Notes: a model not told the origin generated them from the sequence alone. DNA of 64,000 nucleotides from Escherichia coli (GCF_044324785.1 NZ_CP172127.1); one strand, 5' to 3'. Shown: positions 1 through 10,337, counted from the stretch's first letter. Made by a program: numbers and translations.

Positions 1-36
1 AGAAACATCTACCTTACCTGCACTGAGGCATTTACT

Positions 37-1395
37 ATGACTCAACGACGTGATTTACAAGCACTGATCGATGCTGCTCCGGTCGGCAAGATGCAGTGGC
101 GCGTTATCATCTGCTGTTTTCTGGTGGTAATGCTCGATGGTTTTGACACCGCGGCTATCGGCTTTATCGCCCCTGATATTCGCACTCACTGGCAACTCAC
201 CGCAGGCGATCTCGCCCCGCTTTTTGGCGCGGGTCTGCTGGGGTTAACCGCAGGCGCACTGCTTTGTGGTCCGTTGTCCGATCGCTTTGGCCGCAAACGT
301 GTGATTGAGCTGTGCGTCTTTTTGTTTGGCGCGTTAAGCCTCGCCTCGGCTTTCTCACCGGATCTGCAAACGCTGGTATTCCTGCGTTTCCTCACCGGCC
401 TTGGGCTGGGTGGCGCGATGCCAAACACAATTACCATGACCTCGGAATATCTGCCTGCCCGCCGCCGCGGCGCGCTGGTGACGCTGATGTTTTGCGGCTT
501 TACCCTGGGTTCGGCGTTTGGCGGGATTGTCAGCGCGCAGCTGGTGCCGGTGATTGGCTGGCACGGGATCCTGGTGTTGGGTGGCGTATTACCGCTGATG
601 CTGTTTGTTGCACTGCTGGTGGTTCTGCCGGAATCGCCACGCTGGCAGGTGCGCCGCCAGCTACCCCAGGCGGTGATTGCGAAAACCGTCAGCGCCATCA
701 CCCGCGAGCGTTATGTCGATACCCACTTTTATCTCATTGAATCAGCCTCCGTTACAAAAGGCAGCATTCGTCAACTGTTTATGGGGCGTCAGTTACCCAT
801 CACGTTGATGCTGTGGGTGGTGTTCTTTATGAGCTTGCTGATTATTTACCTGCTCTCAAGCTGGATGCCAACGCTGCTCAACCATCGCGGCATCGACCTG
901 CAACATGCCTCCTGGGTTACCGCCGCGTTCCAGATTGGCGGTACGTTGGGCGCGCTGGCGCTGGGCGTGCTGATGGATAAGTTCAATCCTTTCCGCGTAC
1001 TGGCGCTGAGCTATGCCATAGGCGCTGTATGCATCGTGATGATTGGCTTAAGCCAGGACGGATTATGGCTAATGGCGCTGGCGATTTTCGGCACCGGCAT
1101 TGGCATCAGCGGATCGCAGGTGGGGCTGAATGCGCTGACCGCAACACTTTATCCAACACAAAGTCGCGCCACGGGCGTGAGCTGGTCAAACGCCGTGGGC
1201 CGCTGCGGCGCGATTGTTGGCTCGCTGTCTGGCGGCGTGATGATGGCGATGAATTTCTCTTTCGACACCCTGTTTTTCATTATCGCTGTGCCCGCGGCGA
1301 TCAGTGCGGTGATGTTAACCCTGCTGATCACCGTGGTTCGCCAGTCGACCTCTGTCCCTGACTCACTGCCTCACGCAGGTGTTGTGAACGAATAA
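37..1395 (+). CDS. mhbT: MFS transporter, aromatic-acid uptake (3-hydroxybenzoate/gentisate transporter, MhbT-like)
   Basis: 452-aa ORF with MFS signature loop (LSDRFGRKR) and multiple hydrophobic spans; first gene of a T-D-H-I-M ordered gentisate cluster; ATG at 37. Confidence 0.75.
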   Translation: MTQRRDLQALIDAAPVGKMQWRVIICCFLVVMLDGFDTAAIGFIAPDIRTHWQLTAGDLAPLFGAGLLGLTAGALLCGPLSDRFGRKRVIELCVFLFGALSLASAFSPDLQTLVFLRFLTGLGLGGAMPNTITMTSEYLPARRRGALVTLMFCGFTLGSAFGGIVSAQLVPVIGWHGILVLGGVLPLMLFVALLVVLPESPRWQVRRQLPQAVIAKTVSAITRERYVDTHFYLIESASVTKGSIRQLFMGRQLPITLMLWVVFFMSLLIIYLLSSWMPTLLNHRGIDLQHASWVTAAFQIGGTLGALALGVLMDKFNPFRVLALSYAIGAVCIVMIGLSQDGLWLMALAIFGTGIGISGSQVGLNALTATLYPTQSRATGVSWSNAVGRCGAIVGSLSGGVMMAMNFSFDTLFFIIAVPAAISAVMLTLLITVVRQSTSVPDSLPHAGVVNE

Positions 1396-1406
1396 GGAGC
1401 ATCCCA

Positions 1407-2435
1407 ATGACTGATAACAATCAAAATAGCCGCGAGCAATTTTATCAGCATATTTCCGGGCAAAACCTGACCCCGCTGTGGGAGTCACTGCACCATCTGG
1501 TGCCAAAAACGCCCAACGCTAACTGTGCGCCAGCGTACTGGAATTATCAGGAGATCCGCCCGCTGCTGCTGGAGAGCGGCAGCCTGATTGGCGCGAAAGA
1601 AGCCGTGCGCCGCGTGCTGGTGCTGGAAAACCCGGCGCTGCGCGGGCAGTCTTCCATCACCGCGACTTTATATGCCGGTTTGCAACTGATCATGCCGGGC
1701 GAAGTGGCACCGAGTCATCGCCATAACCAGTCGGCGCTGCGTTTTATTGTTGAAGGTAAAGGGGCATTCACCGCCGTTGATGGCGAACGCACGCCAATGA
1801 ATGAGGGCGATTTTATCCTGACCCCGCAGTGGCGCTGGCACGATCACGGTAACCCTGGCGACGAACCGGTTATCTGGCTCGATGGGCTGGATCTGCCATT
1901 AGTGAACACTCTGGGCTGCGGTTTTGCCGAAGATTACCCGGAGGAGCAACAACCAGTAACGCGTAAAGAGGGCGATTACCTGCCGCGTTACGCTGCCAAT
2001 ATGTTGCCGCTGTGCCATCAGACCGGGAACTCCTCGCCCATCTTTAACTACCGTTATGACCGTAGCCGCGAAGTGCTACACGATTTAACCCGCCTGGGCG
2101 ATGCCGATGAGTGGGATGGCTACAAAATGCGCTACGTCAACCCGGTCACCGGTGGCTATCCGATGCCGTCGATGGGCGCTTTCCTGCAACTGCTGCCGAA
2201 AGGGTTTGCCTCACGCGTGGCGCGTACCACTGACAGCACCATCTACCATGTGGTGGAAGGTAGCGGGCAGGTCACTATCGGCAATGAAACCTTCAGCTTT
2301 AGTGCAAAAGATATCTTCGTGGTGCCGACCTGGCACGGCGTGTCGTTCCAGACCACGCAAGATACCGTTTTATTTAGTTTTTCGGACAGACCGGTACAAG
2401 AAGCCCTGGGGCTGTTCCGCGAAGCGCGTTATTAA
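1407..2435 (+). CDS. mhbD: gentisate 1,2-dioxygenase (bicupin)
   Basis: 342-aa ORF, cupin His motifs (HRH, WRWHDH), AAGGAG SD 9 nt upstream of ATG; position in cluster. Confidence 0.8.
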   Translation: MTDNNQNSREQFYQHISGQNLTPLWESLHHLVPKTPNANCAPAYWNYQEIRPLLLESGSLIGAKEAVRRVLVLENPALRGQSSITATLYAGLQLIMPGEVAPSHRHNQSALRFIVEGKGAFTAVDGERTPMNEGDFILTPQWRWHDHGNPGDEPVIWLDGLDLPLVNTLGCGFAEDYPEEQQPVTRKEGDYLPRYAANMLPLCHQTGNSSPIFNYRYDRSREVLHDLTRLGDADEWDGYKMRYVNPVTGGYPMPSMGAFLQLLPKGFASRVARTTDSTIYHVVEGSGQVTIGNETFSFSAKDIFVVPTWHGVSFQTTQDTVLFSFSDRPVQEALGLFREARY

Positions 2436-2450
2436 TTTGGGAGAGAGAAA

Positions 2451-3152
2451 ATGACTCAATACGTATTCGAACCACAAGCGCCCGTTACCGTACCGGTTGT
2501 TGGCAGTGATGAACAATTCCCCGTACGCCGCGTTTACTGCGTCGGACGTAACTATGCCGCCCACGCCCGCGAAATGGGCTTTGATCCGGATCGTGAACCG
2601 CCATTCTTCTTCTGCAAACCGGCGGATGCCGTTGTTCCGGTTGCCGCTGGCGAAACGCTGGCGCTGCCGTATCCGGCGCAGACCGATAACTACCATTATG
2701 AAATTGAACTGGTGGTGGCGATTGGTAAAAAAGGCAGTGATATCCCGCTGGAAAACGCCCATGAATATGTCTGGGGTTATGCCACGGGTCTTGATATGAC
2801 TCGCCGTGACCGTCAAATGGAAATGCGCCAGATGGGCCGCCCGTGGGAAATCGGCAAAGCGTTCGATCTCTCGGCCCCCATCGCGCCGCTGCACAAAGCC
2901 AGCGAAACTGGCGGTATTGATAACGCACCTATCTGGTTACAGGTTAACGGCGAAGATCATCAGCGCAGCGATATTCGTCATCTCATCTGGTCAGTGAATG
3001 AAACCATCAGCTACCTGTCAGGCTTCTTTGAGCTGCAACCGGGCGATCTAATCTTTACCGGTACGCCGGAAGGGGTTGGCCCAGTAGTCAAAGGTGATGT
3101 GATCACGGGCAACGTCGAGGGCTTAACGCCTATCGCGGTGAAGATTGTCTGA
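2451..3152 (+). CDS. mhbH: fumarylpyruvate hydrolase (FAH family)
   Basis: 233-aa ORF typical of fumarylacetoacetate-hydrolase family; follows dioxygenase. Confidence 0.75.
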   Translation: MTQYVFEPQAPVTVPVVGSDEQFPVRRVYCVGRNYAAHAREMGFDPDREPPFFFCKPADAVVPVAAGETLALPYPAQTDNYHYEIELVVAIGKKGSDIPLENAHEYVWGYATGLDMTRRDRQMEMRQMGRPWEIGKAFDLSAPIAPLHKASETGGIDNAPIWLQVNGEDHQRSDIRHLIWSVNETISYLSGFFELQPGDLIFTGTPEGVGPVVKGDVITGNVEGLTPIAVKIV

Positions 3153-3156
3153 GGTG

Positions 3157-3804
3157 ATGATGAAGCTGTACAGTTTTTTTAATAGTTCAGCGTCTTACCG
3201 GGTGCGCATTGCGCTGGCGCTGAAGGGTATCGATTACCAGACCGAAGGGGTGAATATCCGCATTGGTCAGCAAAACGAACTGGCCTACCGGCGGATGAAT
3301 CCGGTCGGGCTGGTGCCGACGCTGCTGACCGACGAGGGCGAATCACTCGGACAATCGCTGGCGATTATTGACTGGCTGGAGAGTCACTACCCGCAAGTTC
3401 CGCTGATGCCGCAGGAAGAACCGGCCCGCAACAAGGTGCTGGAAATTGTCTATGCCATCGCCTGCGATATTCATCCATTGAATAACCTACGCGTGCTGCG
3501 CTACCTGACCGAAGAGCTGAACGTCAGTGAAGAAGATAAAAAACGCTGGTATGCGCACTGGATCCAGCAAGGGTTAAGCGCGGTGGAACAGCTACTGCGC
3601 CAGAGCCAGTCGGGGCAATTTTGTGTGGGCGAGACGCCGACGCTGGCAGATTGCTGCCTTGTTCCACAGTGGGCGAACGCGCTACGTATGAACTGCGATC
3701 TGAGCGGGTATCCGCGCTGCAAAGCGGTGTACGACGCCTGCACGCAGCTGCCAGCGTTCATTGCCGCAGCGCCAGAAAATCAACAAGATAAAATTTCAGC
3801 CTGA
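3157..3804 (+). CDS. mhbI: maleylpyruvate isomerase (glutathione S-transferase zeta class)
   Basis: GST-fold ORF; ORF-track start at 3145 is TTG, first ATG at 3157 preceded by GAGGTG; overlaps upstream stop. Confidence 0.7.
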   Translation: MMKLYSFFNSSASYRVRIALALKGIDYQTEGVNIRIGQQNELAYRRMNPVGLVPTLLTDEGESLGQSLAIIDWLESHYPQVPLMPQEEPARNKVLEIVYAIACDIHPLNNLRVLRYLTEELNVSEEDKKRWYAHWIQQGLSAVEQLLRQSQSGQFCVGETPTLADCCLVPQWANALRMNCDLSGYPRCKAVYDACTQLPAFIAAAPENQQDKISA

Positions 3805-3818
3805 CCAGGAGAACCATA

Positions 3819-5012
3819 ATGACTAAAGTGACACGCGCAGTAATTGTGGGAGGCGGGATCGGCGGTGCGGCAACTGCGTTGTCACTGGCCCGCCAGGGGA
3901 TCAAAGTGGTGCTGCTGGAAAAGGCGCATGAGATCGGTGAGATTGGCGCAGGTATCCAGTTGGGGCCAAATGCGTTTTCGGCGTTGGATAGCCTCGGCGT
4001 CGGCGAAATCGCCCGCCAGCGCGCGGTATTCACCGATCACATCACCATGATGGATGCGGTAAACGCCGAAGAAGTGGTGCGCATTGAAACCGGTCAGGCC
4101 TTTCGCGATCATTTCGGCGGCCCTTACGCGGTGATCCACCGGGTTGATATTCACGCCTCGGTGTGGGAAGCGGTACTGACGCATCCGGACGTGGAATATC
4201 ACACCTCCACCAACGTCGTGGATATTCGCGAGACAGAAGACGATGTCACCGTTTTCGACGATCGCGGCAATAGTTGGATCGGCGATATTCTGATTGGCTG
4301 TGACGGCGTGAAGTCAGTGGTGCGCCAGAGCTTATTGGGCGATGCGCCGCGTGTCACCGGGCATGTGGTCTACCGTGCGGTTATCGATTGTGCCGATATG
4401 CCGGAAGATTTGCGCATTAACGCACCAGTACTGTGGGCGGGGCCGTGCTGTCACTTGGTGCATTACCCTTTACGCGGCGGCAAGCAGTATAACCTGGTGG
4501 TGACATTCCACAGCCGCCAGCAGGAAGAGTGGGGCGTGAAGGATGGCAGTAAAGAGGAAGTGCTCTCTTACTTTGAAGGGATTCACCCCCGTCCGCGCCA
4601 GATGCTGGATAAACCGACCTCCTGGCGACGCTGGTCAACCGCCGACCGTGAACCGGTAGCGAAGTGGGGAACGAAGCGCATTACGCTGGTGGGCGATGCG
4701 GCCCATCCGGTGGCGCAGTATATGGCGCAGGGTGCCTGTATGGCGCTGGAAGACGCGGTAACACTGGGTAAGGCGCTGGCGCAGTGTGAGGGTGATGCGG
4801 CACAAGCCTTTGCGCTGTATGAGTCGGTACGTATTCCGCGCACCGCGCGCATCGTCTGGTCGACCCGTGAAATGGGGCGGGTTTATCATGCCGCAGGAGT
4901 AGAGCGCCAGGTACGTAACCTGTTGTGGAAAGGGAAATCGCAGGCAGAGTTTTACCGCGGCATGGAGTGGCTGTACGGCTGGAAAGAAGATAACTGTTTG
5001 CAACCACGCTGA
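3819..5012 (+). CDS. mhbM: 3-hydroxybenzoate 6-hydroxylase (FAD-dependent monooxygenase, salicylate hydroxylase family)
   Basis: 397-aa ORF with N-terminal FAD fingerprint [11 protein letters not shown] and DAAH motif; last gene of cluster. Confidence 0.75.
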   Translation: MTKVTRAVIVGGGIGGAATALSLARQGIKVVLLEKAHEIGEIGAGIQLGPNAFSALDSLGVGEIARQRAVFTDHITMMDAVNAEEVVRIETGQAFRDHFGGPYAVIHRVDIHASVWEAVLTHPDVEYHTSTNVVDIRETEDDVTVFDDRGNSWIGDILIGCDGVKSVVRQSLLGDAPRVTGHVVYRAVIDCADMPEDLRINAPVLWAGPCCHLVHYPLRGGKQYNLVVTFHSRQQEEWGVKDGSKEEVLSYFEGIHPRPRQMLDKPTSWRRWSTADREPVAKWGTKRITLVGDAAHPVAQYMAQGACMALEDAVTLGKALAQCEGDAAQAFALYESVRIPRTARIVWSTREMGRVYHAAGVERQVRNLLWKGKSQAEFYRGMEWLYGWKEDNCLQPR

Positions 5013-5073
5013 GTACTTTAATCCGTTGACCATAGGCGCTAACATAGCGCCTCATTTTTTTGCGGGTGATGAT

Positions 5074-6021
5074 ATGCGTGTGTTACTGGCTCCGATGGAG
5101 GGTGTGCTTGACTCTCTGGTGCGTGAATTGCTGACCGAAGTTAACGACTACGATCTGTGCATCACCGAGTTTGTCCGCGTGGTGGATCAACTGCTGCCGG
5201 TAAAAGTCTTTCATCGCATTTGCCCTGAGCTACAAAACGCCAGCCGGACACCATCCGGTACGCTGGTGCGCGTGCAGTTGTTAGGTCAGTTCCCACAATG
5301 GCTGGCAGAGAATGCCGCCCGTGCGGTCGAGTTAGGTTCCTGGGGCGTGGATCTCAATTGCGGCTGCCCGTCGAAAACGGTTAACGGTAGCGGCGGTGGG
5401 GCGACGTTACTCAAAGATCCTGAACTCATCTATCAGGGTGCAAAAGCGATGCGCGAAGCTGTACCGGCGCATTTGCCCGTAAGCGTAAAAGTGCGTCTGG
5501 GCTGGGACAGCGGTGAGAAGAAATTTGAAATCGCCGATGCGGTGCAACAGGCTGGCGCTACGGAGCTGGTGGTGCATGGGCGGACAAAAGAGCAGGGTTA
5601 CCGCGCGGAGCATATTGACTGGCAGGCGATTGGCGAGATTCGCCAGCGGCTGAATATTCCGGTGATTGCCAACGGTGAAATCTGGGACTGGCAGAGTGCG
5701 CAACAATGCATGGCGATCAGCGGCTGTGACGCAGTGATGATTGGTCGCGGGGCGCTCAATATTCCCAACCTGAGCCGGGTGGTAAAATATAACGAACCGC
5801 GAATGCCGTGGCCGGAGGTGGTTGCTTTGCTGCAAAAATATACCCGTCTGGAAAAGCAGGGCGATACCGGGTTATATCACGTTGCGCGGATTAAACAGTG
5901 GTTGAGTTATTTGCGTAAAGAATACGATGAAGCAACGGAATTATTTCAGCATGTTCGGGTGTTGAATAATTCCCCTGATATTGCAAGGGCTATTCAGGCA
6001 ATTGATATCGAGAAACTCTAA
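5074..6021 (+). CDS. dusC: tRNA-dihydrouridine(16) synthase DusC
   Basis: 315 aa from internal ATG ([13 protein letters not shown]...) matches K-12 DusC N-terminus; ORF track extends 16 codons upstream. Confidence 0.9.
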   Translation: MRVLLAPMEGVLDSLVRELLTEVNDYDLCITEFVRVVDQLLPVKVFHRICPELQNASRTPSGTLVRVQLLGQFPQWLAENAARAVELGSWGVDLNCGCPSKTVNGSGGGATLLKDPELIYQGAKAMREAVPAHLPVSVKVRLGWDSGEKKFEIADAVQQAGATELVVHGRTKEQGYRAEHIDWQAIGEIRQRLNIPVIANGEIWDWQSAQQCMAISGCDAVMIGRGALNIPNLSRVVKYNEPRMPWPEVVALLQKYTRLEKQGDTGLYHVARIKQWLSYLRKEYDEATELFQHVRVLNNSPDIARAIQAIDIEKL

Positions 6022-6252
6022 AAAACCATAGTGATGTTTTTTGACAATGTGTTAGCTCTTTATCAATAGGCCGCACGGTTGTTTGGTGGCGTCAAAATCG
6101 CCGAGGCGTTCCCTGAAGGCCGGGGCAGCCCACATGGATGTGGGCTGAGGGCGCGTTTTACAGGGATAATGAGATGGACGCTCCAGATTTTACGGTATCA
6201 AAGTACCAGACTGGATCGTTGCAATACGTCCTGAAAAATTAGGAGCGTCCAC

Positions 6253-7278
6253 ATGAAAGTATCAACTCTTGGTATCGACCTGGCAAAGAACGTTTTTCAG
6301 CTTCATGGTGTCGATCATGAAGGCCATACTATTTTGCGTAAAAAACTCACCCGGGCTAAGTTTGTTCAGTTTGTGATTCAACTGGAACCTTGTCTGATTG
6401 GCATGGAAGCCTGCTCATCCAGTCATTATTTTGCGCGATTATTCACCCGCTATGGTCATGAGGTAAAACTCATACCTCCGCAGTATGTGAAGCCTTATGT
6501 GAAAACGAACAAGACGGATGCAGCAGATGCTGAAGCAATCTGCGAAGCGGTAACCCGTCCGAATATGCGTTTTGTTCAGATAAAAACCGAAGAGCAGCAG
6601 GCCGTTTTAGCGTTACACACTGAACGGGGAATACTTATCCGTGAGCGGATTGCCTGTGCCAATAGTTTAAGAGCCACACTTGCTGAGTTTGGTATTACGA
6701 TTGCGGCCGGACAAAGCCATTTAACCCGTGAGCTGCCAGCCATTCTGGAGGATGGCGAAAATGGTTTATCTCCCTTTGTCAGAACCAGCATCTACAGACA
6801 GTCTAAACATATCCGGGAACTTGAAGAACAAGTTAAACAGGTAGAAGAAGCTCTGGCCTCCTGGTATAGAACGCAGGAAGCCTGCCAGAGAATGGCCAAA
6901 ATCCCGGGGGTTGGCATGCTAACGGCCACTTATGTGGTAGCAGCAGTGGGTAATGCCCGACAATTCAGTACCGCAAAGCAGTTCGCTTCATGGCTGGGGC
7001 TGACACCAAAGGAACATTCCAGCGGCGGGAAACAGCAACTGGGAGGGATCAGCAAACGTGGAGATGGATATTTCCGATACCTGCTGGTTCACGGCGCACG
7101 CGCACTTACCGCCTGGGTCAACCGAAACGGCGCGGTTGAGGAGAATTCCTGGCTTCAGGGACTCCTTGAGCGGAAGCACTACAATGTAGCTGTTGTCGCC
7201 ATGGCGGCAAAAACAGCGAGGATCATGTGGTCAATGTTGTCACACAATACTGAATATCAACCTCGGCAGCTCGCCTGA
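6253..7278 (+). CDS. IS110-family DEDD transposase/recombinase
   Basis: 341-aa ORF, N-terminal LGIDLAK RuvC-like motif, strong similarity in pattern to IS4321/IS5075-type transposases. Confidence 0.9.
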   Translation: MKVSTLGIDLAKNVFQLHGVDHEGHTILRKKLTRAKFVQFVIQLEPCLIGMEACSSSHYFARLFTRYGHEVKLIPPQYVKPYVKTNKTDAADAEAICEAVTRPNMRFVQIKTEEQQAVLALHTERGILIRERIACANSLRATLAEFGITIAAGQSHLTRELPAILEDGENGLSPFVRTSIYRQSKHIRELEEQVKQVEEALASWYRTQEACQRMAKIPGVGMLTATYVVAAVGNARQFSTAKQFASWLGLTPKEHSSGGKQQLGGISKRGDGYFRYLLVHGARALTAWVNRNGAVEENSWLQGLLERKHYNVAVVAMAAKTARIMWSMLSHNTEYQPRQLA

Positions 7279-7538
7279 CACAAGGTCAGTCAATCTGACG
7301 AGGTGCTGAAAAAAAGTTAACGTCCTGGTAGGTGCAGGTGACTTCAGAAGATGGCAAAACAGGTAAGACCGCAGGCAGGATACACCGAGAGGTAACAAGG
7401 GCAAGTTAGCCCGTAGAGGATGATTGGTACCTGCCTGGCGGATTTCATCATGGTTCGGGATAAAAATCCCATCAGAAACCGGATATATGGCTGCACCTAC
7501 CCGTTTTATTACATAACTGAAGAAAGCATTGCATTCCG
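7279..7538 (+). ncRNA. candidate IS-encoded structured ncRNA (bridge/seek-RNA-like) in 3' non-coding end of the IS
   Basis: 260-nt non-coding stretch between transposase stop and right IR containing 11-bp long-range inverted repeat GGTAGGTGCAG (7327-7337) / CTGCACCTACC (7491-7501). Confidence 0.3.
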
Positions 7539-7779
7539 GGAGCGTCCATATATGTTACCTCGCGCCCGACCCGGTAGCCGTAAGGGATAAGCCGAGGGCA
7601 CCGCGCAGCGGCGATTTTGTTCGCCAGAGCCCGGGGGTGCAGGGGGCGGCGGCGATTGGCCGCCCCCTGCGCGCTCCTTGCGCCAGTGATTATATGAAGC
7701 AATGCACATGACAGGAGCGCAACAGGATGAGAGACTGAAATATTCTCGTTATTTTCGGATCTGATGACATTAATTAATT

Positions 7780-7863
7780 TTAAAATATCATCTTAAATAC
7801 GCCAGTCACCACCAGTAGCCCAATCAGGAAAATAATCAATACAGCCCAGAGTATAATTTTCAT
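7780..7863 (-). CDS. yohP: small membrane protein YohP (27 aa)
   Basis: Manual translation of minus strand gives MKIILWAVLIIFLIGLLVVTGVFKMIF; below ORF-track length cut-off. Confidence 0.85.
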   Translation of the reverse strand: MKIILWAVLIIFLIGLLVVTGVFKMIF

Positions 7864-8086
7864 TGGCGTTCCTTTATTTGTGAGTGCTGAATAAGTATAG
7901 GAAAAAACGAAGTCCTTTGCCGTTATCCATAAACGATTAAGATAAATCGGAAGATATCATTCACTTAGTGTATATTTTTCTGGATATGTCATATTATTGC
8001 CACTGATGTTTTGCCACGCGAAACTAAAAAATATATCGCAACACACGGTAATCTCCGCGCACCTTTTCTTACCTGATTATTCCCCC

Positions 8087-9523
8087 ATGAATCGTGATTC
8101 CTTTTATCCCGCCATCGCCTGTTTTCCGCTGTTACTGATGCTGGCCGGGTGTGCGCCTATGCATGAAACCCGCCAGGCGTTAAGCCAGCAAACGCCTGCT
8201 GCACAAGTTGACACCGCATTACCCACGGCGCTGAAAAATGGTTGGCCAGACAGCCAATGGTGGCTGGAGTATCACGATAATCAGCTCACTTCCTTAATTA
8301 ACAATGCACTACAGAACGCACCGGATATGCAGGTGGCTGAACAGCGCATTCAGCTAGCTGAAGCCCAGGCGAAGGCAGTTGCTACTCAGGATGGTCCGCA
8401 GATCGACTTTTCTGCGGATATGGAGCGGCAAAAAATGTCGGCAGAAGGGTTAATGGGGCCGTTTGCTCTGAACGATCCTGCCGCAGGTACGACCGGTCCG
8501 TGGTACACCAACGGTACTTTTGGCTTAACGGCGGGCTGGCATCTCGATATCTGGGGAAAGAATCGGGCGGAGGTAACTGCTCGCCTGGGTACGGTTAAAG
8601 CACGAGCGGCGGAACGCGAGCAAACCCGCCAATTGCTGGCTGGCAGCGTAGCCCGCCTGTACTGGGAGTGGCAAACCCAGGCGGCGTTAAACACTGTCTT
8701 ACAGCAAATCGAAAAAGAGCAGAACACCATTATCGCCACCGATCGCCAGCTATATCAGAACGGGATTACTTCTTCAGTTGAAGGTGTGGAAACCGATATT
8801 AATGCCAGCAAAACCCGGCAGCAGCTCAACGATGTCGCGGGGAAAATGAAAATTATTGAGGCACGGTTAAGCGCACTTACAAATCACCAGACAAAGTCAC
8901 TGAAGCTTAAACCGGTCGCGTTGCCGAAAGTGGCAAGCCAGCTTCCTGATGAACTGGGGTACTCCTTACTGGCGCGGCGGGCAGATTTGCAGGCGGCGCA
9001 CTGGTACGTTGAGTCATCGTTAAGCACCATTGATGCGGCAAAAGCGGCATTTTATCCTGACATCAACCTGATGGCCTTCCTGCAACAGGATGCGTTGCAC
9101 TTAAGCGATCTGTTCCGTCATTCCGCGCAGCAAATGGGCGTTACGGCAGGCCTGACGCTACCCATTTTCGATAGTGGTCGTCTTAACGCCAATCTCGATA
9201 TCGCAAAAGCCGAAAGCAACTTGTCTATCGCCAGCTACAACAAAGCGGTGGTTGAAGCGGTGAATGACGTGGCGCGGGCAGCCAGTCAGGTTCAGACACT
9301 GGCGGAGAAAAACCAGCATCAGGCGCAAATTGAGCGCGATGCCTTGCGTGTAGTTGGTCTTGCGCAGGCGCGCTTTAACGCGGGCATCATTGCCGGTTCC
9401 CGCGTCAGCGAAGCCAGAATCCCGGCGCTTCGCGAGCGGGCCAATGGCCTGTTATTGCAAGGGCAGTGGCTGGATGCCTCCATTCAACTCACTGGTGCGT
9501 TGGGCGGGGGTTACAAACGCTGA
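8087..9523 (+). CDS. mdtQ: outer-membrane efflux channel (TolC/OprM family) MdtQ, intact
   Basis: 478 aa from ATG at 8087 (MNRDSFYPAIACFPLLLMLAGC lipobox); uninterrupted reading frame. Confidence 0.85.
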   Translation: MNRDSFYPAIACFPLLLMLAGCAPMHETRQALSQQTPAAQVDTALPTALKNGWPDSQWWLEYHDNQLTSLINNALQNAPDMQVAEQRIQLAEAQAKAVATQDGPQIDFSADMERQKMSAEGLMGPFALNDPAAGTTGPWYTNGTFGLTAGWHLDIWGKNRAEVTARLGTVKARAAEREQTRQLLAGSVARLYWEWQTQAALNTVLQQIEKEQNTIIATDRQLYQNGITSSVEGVETDINASKTRQQLNDVAGKMKIIEARLSALTNHQTKSLKLKPVALPKVASQLPDELGYSLLARRADLQAAHWYVESSLSTIDAAKAAFYPDINLMAFLQQDALHLSDLFRHSAQQMGVTAGLTLPIFDSGRLNANLDIAKAESNLSIASYNKAVVEAVNDVARAASQVQTLAEKNQHQAQIERDALRVVGLAQARFNAGIIAGSRVSEARIPALRERANGLLLQGQWLDASIQLTGALGGGYKR

Positions 9524-9575
9524 TGATATGCGCCTTCTATACTTAACGTTTATTCAGCGTTAAGTGGAGAACTCG

Positions 9576-10337
9576 ATGGCACAGGTTGCGATTATTACCG
9601 CCTCCGATTCGGGGATCGGCAAAGAGTGCGCGTTATTACTGGCGCAGCAGGGGTTTGATATTGGTATTACCTGGCACTCAGATGAAGAAGGGGCAAAAGA
9701 TACCGCGCGTGAGGTAGTTAGCCACGGCGTACGTGCGGAGATCGTGCAACTGGATCTCGGCAATCTACCAGAAGGTGCGCAGGCGCTGGAGAAACTGATT
9801 CAACGGCTGGGGCGTATTGATGTGCTGGTGAATAATGCGGGTGCAATGACCAAAGCGCCGTTTCTTGATATGGCTTTTGATGAGTGGCGCAAGATTTTTA
9901 CCGTTGATGTCGACGGTGCATTCTTATGCTCGCAAATTGCGGCCCGCCAGATGGTGAAACAAGGGCAGGGCGGTCGCATCATCAACATTACGTCGGTACA
10001 TGAACATACGCCGCTGCCGGATGCCAGCGCCTACACAGCCGCTAAACATGCGCTCGGCGGGTTAACCAAAGCGATGGCGCTGGAGCTGGTCAGGCATAAG
10101 ATTTTGGTGAATGCGGTTGCACCTGGGGCGATCGCCACGCCAATGAACGGCATGGATGATGGCGACGTGAAGCCCGGCGCGGAGCCTTCGATTCCTCTGA
10201 GGCGTTTTGGCGCAACGCATGAGATTGCCAGCCTGGTAGCGTGGCTGTGCTCAGAGGGCGCAAATTACACCACCGGGCAGTCGTTGATAGTGGATGGCGG
10301 CTTTATGTTGGCGAATCCGCAGTTCAACCCAGAATAG
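9576..10337 (+). CDS. yohF: short-chain dehydrogenase/reductase YohF
   Basis: 253 aa from first ATG (MAQVAIITASDSGIGK Rossmann motif); ORF-track start is GTG 12 nt upstream. Confidence 0.85.
   Translation: MAQVAIITASDSGIGKECALLLAQQGFDIGITWHSDEEGAKDTAREVVSHGVRAEIVQLDLGNLPEGAQALEKLIQRLGRIDVLVNNAGAMTKAPFLDMAFDEWRKIFTVDVDGAFLCSQIAARQMVKQGQGGRIINITSVHEHTPLPDASAYTAAKHALGGLTKAMALELVRHKILVNAVAPGAIATPMNGMDDGDVKPGAEPSIPLRRFGATHEIASLVAWLCSEGANYTTGQSLIVDGGFMLANPQFNPE

Larger units (their letters stand above)
6160..7560 (+). mobile_element. IS110-family insertion sequence (IS1111-like subgroup); boundaries approximate
   Basis: DEDD transposase ORF flanked by inverted 11-bp motif ATGGACGCTCC (6174-6184) / GGAGCGTCCAT (7539-7549); interrupts dusC-yohP intergenic region. 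Confidence 0.5.

Noticed and set aside
6253-7278. Possibility that the IS is IS621
   Set aside because: The protein is 341 aa with an MKVSTLGIDLAKN start resembling IS4321/IS5075-type (IS1111 group) transposases rather than my recollection of the IS621 recombinase; family-level call only.
7472-7711. Three overlapping 60-76-aa ORFs in the GC-rich block right of the IS
   Set aside because: High GC gives open frames by chance; the region is palindromic and better explained as IS end or repeat sequence.
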